Source: Rebecca billardiae RCC1528 (lineage: Eukaryota; Protista; Haptophyta). From it: a stretch of 64,000 nt of DNA. Shown here piece by piece: positions 57,265-64,000 of the stretch; positions within the stretch are counted from its first letter, which is position 1, and the number at the start of each line of letters is the position of its first letter. Position numbers and translations under genes: made by a program. The notes under the pieces are model-generated. The model was not told the origin of the DNA and made no database searches. It saw only the letters and a list, made by a program, of their open reading frames with translations. Where the stretch lies: NCBI GenBank assembly GCA_965240325.2, contig OZ251226.1:1054001-1118000 (forward strand), given 5' to 3'.

Positions 57265-58999
57265 TGGCCCGCGGTGCAGGGCGGAGCGCGCAGCGTGGAG
57301 CCCGCACCAGCGGGCCCGAACCACGTTTCAAAAAGATCTTTGATCAAGAAAAAAGGGACGGGGGGCGATTTTTAGGGCTGGCGGAGACCGAGTTTCGAGT
57401 TTTTGAGATCGCATAGAGAGGTCTATTAGGCCGAAAAAAAGCGCGTCCAGCTGATTCCCTTAAGTAAAGTGCGATCTGGACGTCAGCTGGACGTGGCAAC
57501 ATTAGTGTAACGGTTCGTTACGAGCGCGATTTTAAGTATGAGATTGCCGCCAACCGCCAACCGATAAAAACGGCAAGGCAAGGGCTCGGGAAACTTGATC
57601 ACTTCTAAATGTGAATAGTAAAATGCTCTCCCCGAGCGCGCCTGTCGCCTCGCAGGCCGCAGTATGAGATTGCCGCCAACCGCCAACCGATAAAAACGGC
57701 AAGGCAAGGGCTCGGGAAATTTGATCACTTCTAAATGTGAATAGTAAAATGCTCTCCCCGAGCGCGCCTGTCGCCTCGCAGGCCGCGCGTCTCAGCGCCC
57801 TCTCGCTCCGCTCTCCCCGAGGCTGAGCTCGCGGCCCGCCTGTCACCTCGCAGGCGCGCGCCACGGACACATGCGCGACGAGATCGCGGCGGGGGCGGCG
57901 AGATCGCGGCGGGGGCGACGGGCAACAACCTGCCCGCGGGCGCGTTCGTCACTCGAGGAGCAGCGCGCAAGGGCGAGCCGAGTGGCGAGTCCGGAGCACG
58001 CGAGCTCGTCGCTCGCCGACCGGAGCAGAGCGCGCCGCCCGCCGCCGCCGAGCGAGCGGCGCGGCAGAGCTGATGAGCCGGATGCGCCCCGGAGCTCGCG
58101 CGGCTGAAGGGCGAGCACGAGCACGCGAGCTCGCGCCTCGACGCCGAGCGCGAGCTCCTCCTCAACTCGGGGCGACGGCGGCGCGGAGGTCCGGCAGCAG
58201 CGTGAGGACTCACAGACAGTGTGAGTGAGCCGCGCGCAGCTCAGCCTGCCGCTGGCAGCCGCCGTCTTCGAGGCCGACGCGGCGGAGGAGGCGGCGGGCG
58301 AGCACGGCGGCGCGGTGGAGCAGGCGCGCACGCGCGGCGGCAGGCGCGACGCGCCGCTCGCCTCGTTCCACCGCCCCGAGCTCCGCTCGGTCGGTCTCGG
58401 TGCGCGGCTGCGCAGCCGGCAGGCCGGCGGGCCAGCAGTCTGCAGTGGCGCGCGCTCTCGCTCTGCCGGCACGAGGCGTGCCGGCTGAGCGACCAGCGGC
58501 CCGTCGTCGAGCGCATGGCGCAGGGCGAGTACCTCAAGCAGGTGCGCCCGCTCGCGCGCACGCGCCGGCTCGCGACCAGCGGCCCTTCGTCGAGCGCATG
58601 GCGCAGCGCGAGCACCTTGCAAGCTGAAGCAGGTGCGCCCGCACGCGCGCACGCGCCGGCCCGGCGCCGCGCGGCGCCTCTCGCCCTCTCGCCCTCTCGC
58701 CCTGCGCGCGCCGCCGCCCCGCTTCCCCGCGCGGCCCGTCCGCGCCTCTCGCCCTGCGAGCGCGCCGCCCCGCTTCCCCGCGCGGCCCGTCCGCTGGTGT
58801 CCCATGCCACCCTTGGCCGTGCGCGCCCGCATACTCGCGCCGAGTCCGAGACTCGGTCTCGGGTCTGACTCTCCCTCTCAGAGTGGCTGAACTGTCTTTC
58901 TGACTCGGACTGACTGACTCGTCAGTCTCATTCTCAACCACTGCGCCGCGGGCCCCGAACTGCGTTGGTTCTACGGAAAAGGACCGCGGAACGCGGTCA
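57265..58999 (+). mobile_element. Non-autonomous Helitron2-like element, family 2, copy 2
   Basis: Same termini as 48552-50183 with a largely different interior. Confidence 0.7.
57535..57786. repeat. 126-bp tandem duplication
   Basis: AGTATGAGATTGCC...GCAGGCCGC at 57535 and 57661. Confidence 0.95.
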
Positions 59000-59119
59000 T
59001 GATATATTGATGCGGGATCAACTAGCAGCGACCGGCGAATTATTCGGAATTGCCATTTACCCACTGTGTAACTTTGTTTCCTACTACAGCATGCGCCGCG
59101 CCGTCTTACGCGACGCTAA

Positions 59120-62014
59120 CTACATGTCATATAAATGACGGTGCGCGCGCGCGTTGTGACTGCTGAATTCTGCACGAGGAGCCCCGTAGAGGCCGTAGAC
59201 GACGAAGGGCGCCCAGTGGCGCACCTTGAAGGGCCGGGGTGCGTCGCGCGACTGGCTGGTGGCAGCGCTGCCATCTGCTGTGTCGGCGGGCACCGCGACG
59301 CCTGCTTGATGTCGGCTCAGAAGGGTGCACATCGTCTTGCGCATCGCGGCTGCGACATCGATGGTGCCGTCGTTCGAGCCGCCAGCGCCCGCGTCGGTGC
59401 CGCCCGGCAGCCGCCGCAGCTGTGAGCCGAGCTCCCCCGTATACAGCTCGTTCATGAGTCGCTCGGTCTGCCCGTCGTGGAGCGGCCACAGCGAGGCGAC
59501 CAGCGTCTGGCAGCCAGCCGCGAGGAAGGCGCGCGAGATGCCGTGCAGGCCCTCCGCGCTCAGCCGGCCGCGGAATGTGTCGCACGCGCTGAGCACCACG
59601 AGCCGCGTGCCGCGCAGGTCGAGATTGTGCACGTCGAGCACGCTAAGCAGCGCATCCGCCTCGCTGCCGCCGTGCAGCACGAGGCCACCCGGTGAGCCGT
59701 GCACAGCCAGGTGCGCCAGGTGCGCACCGCGCAGCTCGCGCAGCACCTCCGCCTTGGTCGCGGCCGCGCCCTCCAAGTGCATCATCACGTCCACGGCGTC
59801 CGTATTCTGCAGCGCGATGTCCACTCGCCGCGCCTCGATCTCCGCGCACTCCAGATTGCTCAGCGCCTCGCCCACCACGTCGCCCACCGCCAGCTGCTCG
59901 GCGACGTTTGTGCGCGCGGCGCGGCGCAGCCCGTCCAACTGTCTGCGCGTGCCACCGTCGATCGCGCTCGCCTCCACCCACCTGCACGGCGAGCCGCCTC
60001 TCGAGGCGCGCACGGCCCTGCGCGCCTCGTTGACCTCCTCTTCAGTCAGCAGCTTCCACGGCAGCGCGCGTGCAGAGTAGTCTCGCACGCCCGCGACCAG
60101 CGCGCGCAGTTGCGCAGCATCCCTCGTCTGCGCCCCCTCATCGCCGAGCGGCGGCCGCGGCCGACCCTCGAGCTGCAGCAGCGCGCCCACGGACGGAGCG
60201 AGGCACAGCGGATGGCGCTGGATCAGGTACTGCCCGTGCGCGTCGCGCAGCGCTGCGAAGGGCAGCGCGTACAGGTGGCTGTCCGGCAGCACAATCAGCG
60301 TCTCCCCGTGCCCGAGGGCGTCCTCAAAGGGCTCGACCAGCAGCTGATGGCACTGCCGGAGCAGCTCGGCGGCGGCAGCGTCGGCGTCTGACTGTGCGTC
60401 TAGCTCATACGCATCGCGCGGGCGCTTGCCCGCGCGCTGCGCACCCAGCCGCACGGAGGCCCCCAGCCGCACGGACGCCCGCACGCACTCGTCCGGCACA
60501 TAGGTAGAGTCCTCATCGCACGACTCGCCCCGCGTCCCGAGTGCGGCCGCGGGGGGGCCGGCCGGCTGCACACCCTTGGCCTGAGCGCCGCGCGGTGCGC
60601 CGGTTGCCCTGCCTGCGGGCCGTATCCCGGCCACCGCGTCGCGAGTATCCTGCACCAGCGCTTCGAGCGAGTGCTCGCCAGGCAAAGCGAGGTCACGGAA
60701 GAGAGGCTCGGCGTCCGGCATTGGCCGCACCAGCCACGCGAACACGCGCCTGTCGCTCACCTCCGAGAAGACGAGCAGGTGCACGCGCTGCCGTTCAGCG
60801 TACTCACGCATCCGCTGCCACGTTTTTGCTGGCCGATGATCAAGGCTGCGCCATGTGGGCTCGCCATAGCGTGCGGCCTGCTCCCAACTCCGCCTTCCAT
60901 TCCTTTGCTGCTGCTCGCCATGGTGCTTGCCGTGGTGCTCCTCGAGGAGGCCCTCAAGCGATCGCGCTCTGCTACGCTCTGCCTCCTCGAGAGCCTCGAG
61001 CTCCCGGCCCAGTGCGACGAGCTCTCGCTGCAGCAGCAGCACGCACGCGCCTCGGGGTAGTCCGCGCTCGCCGAGCGTGATGCGCCACTCGTCTGAGCCC
61101 AGCTTGTGCCGGATGCGGTCATGGACGCGCAAGGCTTCGCGGCAAAACTCCAACGCGCGATGGTGCTCGCCATGCGCGGCACACGCCATCCCGAGCAGAC
61201 TCAGCGCCGTGTGCTCGCCTGCATCGTACTTGATCTCGCGGCTGATCTCAAGTGCCTGCTCAAAGCACGGGATGGCGTCTGCCGGCAGCGGCTGCTCTAG
61301 CTCGAGGTATGCGATGCCGAGGGCACACAGGGCCCCGCCCTCTCCGTGCCGGTCACTGATCTCGCGGGTCGTGGCGAGGTGCAGCTCGCACTCGCCCAGA
61401 CTGCGCGTGTGGCCGCGCGCTACGTCCACCTTGAGCTGCGTGATCGCCTGTTCGCGCCGGCTCCCGAGCTCGTGACTCACACGGAGCGCACGCTCGAGAT
61501 GGGGGAGGCCATCCGCGCGCCGGCCGCAAAACAAACATGCAGTGCCCATGCAGTCGAGGATGCTCCACAGCCTCTTCTCGGAGCTGCCGTACGTCTGACA
61601 GTAACTGAGTGCAGACGTGCACGCCTCGATGGCCGACTCGTACTCGCCAAGCTGGCTGTAGATGCTGCCGAGGGTGTGCTTGGCGCTGATCACGGTGGTG
61701 GGGTCGGCGCAGCCGCTGCCGCTGGACAAGCATGCGATCGCGTCAATGGCACGTTCGGCTTCATTGATGGCGCCTTCTTCCATGCCTTCCTGGAATAGAG
61801 CGATGCTGAGGCCTGCACCTGCACGGGCCTCGTCCACCGACGTCGACGCCTTACCCTGTGCATAATCGTAGCACGCCGCTGCTGCCATGTACTGTCCCTT
61901 TTCAAGGTGCACCTCGCCGAGGCGCATGTACTCGTCGTACGTGCACTCGTCGTGTTTTAACAACAGGCCCGCATACTCAGGGAGGTCCGCATCATGGTGA
62001 TGGTGAGCAGACAT
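59120..62014 (-). CDS. TPR-CHAT caspase-like protease (TTC28-like architecture)
   Basis: N-terminal TPRs, EALEEAERSRARSL, LPDSHLYALPFAAL, HLAVHG, LVVLSACDT, AFLAAG...VASLW, WAPFVVYG. Start taken at MSAHHHH. Confidence 0.92.
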   Translation of the reverse strand: MSAHHHHDADLPEYAGLLLKHDECTYDEYMRLGEVHLEKGQYMAAAACYDYAQGKASTSVDEARAGAGLSIALFQEGMEEGAINEAERAIDAIACLSSGSGCADPTTVISAKHTLGSIYSQLGEYESAIEACTSALSYCQTYGSSEKRLWSILDCMGTACLFCGRRADGLPHLERALRVSHELGSRREQAITQLKVDVARGHTRSLGECELHLATTREISDRHGEGGALCALGIAYLELEQPLPADAIPCFEQALEISREIKYDAGEHTALSLLGMACAAHGEHHRALEFCREALRVHDRIRHKLGSDEWRITLGERGLPRGACVLLLQRELVALGRELEALEEAERSRARSLEGLLEEHHGKHHGEQQQRNGRRSWEQAARYGEPTWRSLDHRPAKTWQRMREYAERQRVHLLVFSEVSDRRVFAWLVRPMPDAEPLFRDLALPGEHSLEALVQDTRDAVAGIRPAGRATGAPRGAQAKGVQPAGPPAAALGTRGESCDEDSTYVPDECVRASVRLGASVRLGAQRAGKRPRDAYELDAQSDADAAAAELLRQCHQLLVEPFEDALGHGETLIVLPDSHLYALPFAALRDAHGQYLIQRHPLCLAPSVGALLQLEGRPRPPLGDEGAQTRDAAQLRALVAGVRDYSARALPWKLLTEEEVNEARRAVRASRGGSPCRWVEASAIDGGTRRQLDGLRRAARTNVAEQLAVGDVVGEALSNLECAEIEARRVDIALQNTDAVDVMMHLEGAAATKAEVLRELRGAHLAHLAVHGSPGGLVLHGGSEADALLSVLDVHNLDLRGTRLVVLSACDTFRGRLSAEGLHGISRAFLAAGCQTLVASLWPLHDGQTERLMNELYTGELGSQLRRLPGGTDAGAGGSNDGTIDVAAAMRKTMCTLLSRHQAGVAVPADTADGSAATSQSRDAPRPFKVRHWAPFVVYGLYGAPRAEFSSHNARAHRHLYDM

Positions 62015-63154
62015 GGCAGCCGCGTCGAAGTGGTGCGAGCGCAGCGATGACGAAGCCAATAGACACTGCGCCAGAAGGGGGGGGTCCAAAATTGTCCCCG
62101 CCGACGGCTCGATGGCTGCCGCACGTGCGTGCCCCGCGTGCCTTGCGCGTGTACGTGCACGGTAGGGCGTCCCGACAGCGAGGGCGGGGTGGCGTAGATG
62201 GTCTCATGGGAGGTGTGCCCGTGTGCCGGAGACGCTTCGACACCTTGGTGGCGTGCCCACACCTCTCCTTGCCGCCGCTTGCCTGCTGCGTGCTCGGCCA
62301 GCCGTGTTGAGAGCACGCCTGCGCGTGCATGGCCAATGTCAGGCGGATCGAGCCGTAGTGAGTGCGCGTGCGGGTACTCCTACCCGATGCGTCTCTCTAC
62401 CACTGTCGCAAGCCCTCGTGCGCGTCGTGAAGCCTGTCGAATCCAGTCGGACACATGCCCAACATGCTCGCGAACAATGGCCGAGGAATGGCGTCAAATG
62501 CGCTATTTGAAAATAAAACTGGCCATCAGCATGTCGCATACCACCATGATAACGTTGACACGTCGTGGGTTCGAGTGTCACACGGCTTAGGGTTGACTTA
62601 CAAGAGCTACTGCATCGCGACCATCCGAAACACGGCCCTTGCATCAAATACATCAAATCGCGCGGCCGCATAAGACGGCAAGTACTGTAGTGCTGCGGCG
62701 AATCATCGCGAGGCAAAGGACGAGGCAATGGTACTCACTGCGGCGTCGCTCACAGCGCAGGCAGGTGTTTGGCGCGGCTGCACTCTCGAGGTGGCTGGGA
62801 TACAACATCCAGGTGCAGCACCCTCCCCGTGTGGTGTCAGAGCGCGCTCCCGAGCGCGTGCCTCCGAGCGCGGGGCGGCCGCTTGCTGCAATGGCCGCCT
62901 CGATGAGGTGCGGCAACGCGCCCCTCACCTGCCTGCGCCGGTCTGTTTTGTGGCGGTGTCTTTGTGCAGTGTTGGATGGCGTCAATCACGCCTTAACCAA
63001 GTGTGCACGTTAAAACATAGTAAACTGTAGACAGAGTGTAGTGCCCAAGCACGGACTGCACGGAGTGCCATCAGACTGTTACTTACAGCCGAGCCATCCG
63101 CCAACTCACTCAACAGGCCAGTTGGCAGACTGTGCCGGATGAGTGCGGCACTCC

Positions 63155-63934
63155 TCAGCTCTCGATGGCCTCGTCGTGTCGCATCAGGAACGCGTTGTGC
63201 GACATCTGCCGCATCCCCACGGACGGCCTGATGGGAGGCGGCTTTGCCGACGAGCGCCGGCGCCCGAGGCGCCCGTATGGTTCAGCGGCTGGGCCCATCG
63301 GCATGCCTGCGGTGGCGGCGAGGCGCTGGGTGGGCGCGAGCTCCGATTGGCCGACCGGCGTGTTGGACAGGCGCCGTTGCTGCGCCGCTGCAAGCTCCGC
63401 CTGGCTCACCACCGGGGCGTTGGACAGGCGCCGTTGCTGCGCCGCGAGCTCGGCCTGGCCGACGACGGCGGCGTTGGACATGCGGCGTTGGGCCGCCGCG
63501 AGTTCCGCCTGGTGGCTCATGGCGTTGGACATCCGGCGCTCCGCCGGGCCCATGGCATTGGACATGCGGCGCTGCACCTCGGGGCTACCCGCCATGCGCG
63601 CCATGGCCGCTCCGGGCCCGAGCGAGAGCGGGGGCGGACCACCCGCGCCCGCGCCCGCGCCGTTGGCAAAGCCAGCATTCGACGCGCGCCGCAGCGCCGC
63701 GAGCGGCGGAGACCCGGAGGCGCCGCCATCGCCGATGGGTGCGAGCGCGCGGAGCGGCGGCGAGTTCTGCACCGCCGCGGCGGTGGCGGCGGCGGCGGCG
63801 GCGCCGCCCACGCCCGTCATCGGGCGCAGGCCTCGCAGCCTGTCCGCGGCCGCGCCGTGGCCGGCCGTGCCCGGCGCGCGCATCCACGCGGGCTGCGCGG
63901 TGCGCGCCTGCCACTCGGCTCCGCTGTAGCTCAT
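63155..63934 (-). CDS. Low-complexity protein (or last exon) with repeated RRxS motifs
   Basis: AEL.AAQ.RR(M/L)SN(A/T) repeats; may begin beyond the window. Confidence 0.55.
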   Translation of the reverse strand: MSYSGAEWQARTAQPAWMRAPGTAGHGAAADRLRGLRPMTGVGGAAAAAATAAAVQNSPPLRALAPIGDGGASGSPPLAALRRASNAGFANGAGAGAGGPPPLSLGPGAAMARMAGSPEVQRRMSNAMGPAERRMSNAMSHQAELAAAQRRMSNAAVVGQAELAAQQRRLSNAPVVSQAELAAAQQRRLSNTPVGQSELAPTQRLAATAGMPMGPAAEPYGRLGRRRSSAKPPPIRPSVGMRQMSHNAFLMRHDEAIES

Positions 63935-64000
63935 GGCACTCTGCCGCAGGGGCTGGAGCGGCGTGCGGGGCGCGGCGGAGATCGACTCGCGCCGCGGCGC

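Noticed and set aside
37895-62014. Immune or cell-death gene cluster (F-box-SPRY, XK-like, SEL1-MYND, LRR, TPR-CHAT)
   Set aside because: The genes are interspersed with housekeeping genes and are common families; proximity alone is not evidence without synteny or co-expression.

Overview
Gene-dense, very GC-rich eukaryotic nuclear DNA with short GC-rich GT-AG introns. The composition and a bipartite plastid-targeting-like leader fit a haptophyte-type alga (inference). Host genes: two inverted paralogous membrane hybrid histidine kinases, a secreted esterase, mitochondrial rps11 and mL41, a StrG-like oxygenase, an exostosin-like glycosyltransferase, a bacterial-type RNase HII, F-box-SPRY, an XK-related protein, SEL1-MYND, TFIIIC tau95, an LRR/EF-hand protein and a TPR-CHAT protease. 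The most striking feature is an intact Ty1/copia retrotransposon (1550-8928) with apparently identical LTRs and a 5-bp TSD. Its protease is encoded in the gag frame and is linked to IN-RT-RH by a textbook -1 frameshift cassette (C_CCA_AAC, 6-nt spacer, 95-nt stem-loop). Its integrase lacks the HHCC zinc ligands, it has no TGG-type primer binding site, and its LTRs end TG...TA. Also present are two families of non-autonomous elements with Helitron2-like ends and two long-TIR foldback elements. One foldback has a P/Galileo-like signature and sits inside a compact bidirectional promoter. All calls are by eye; no searches were run.
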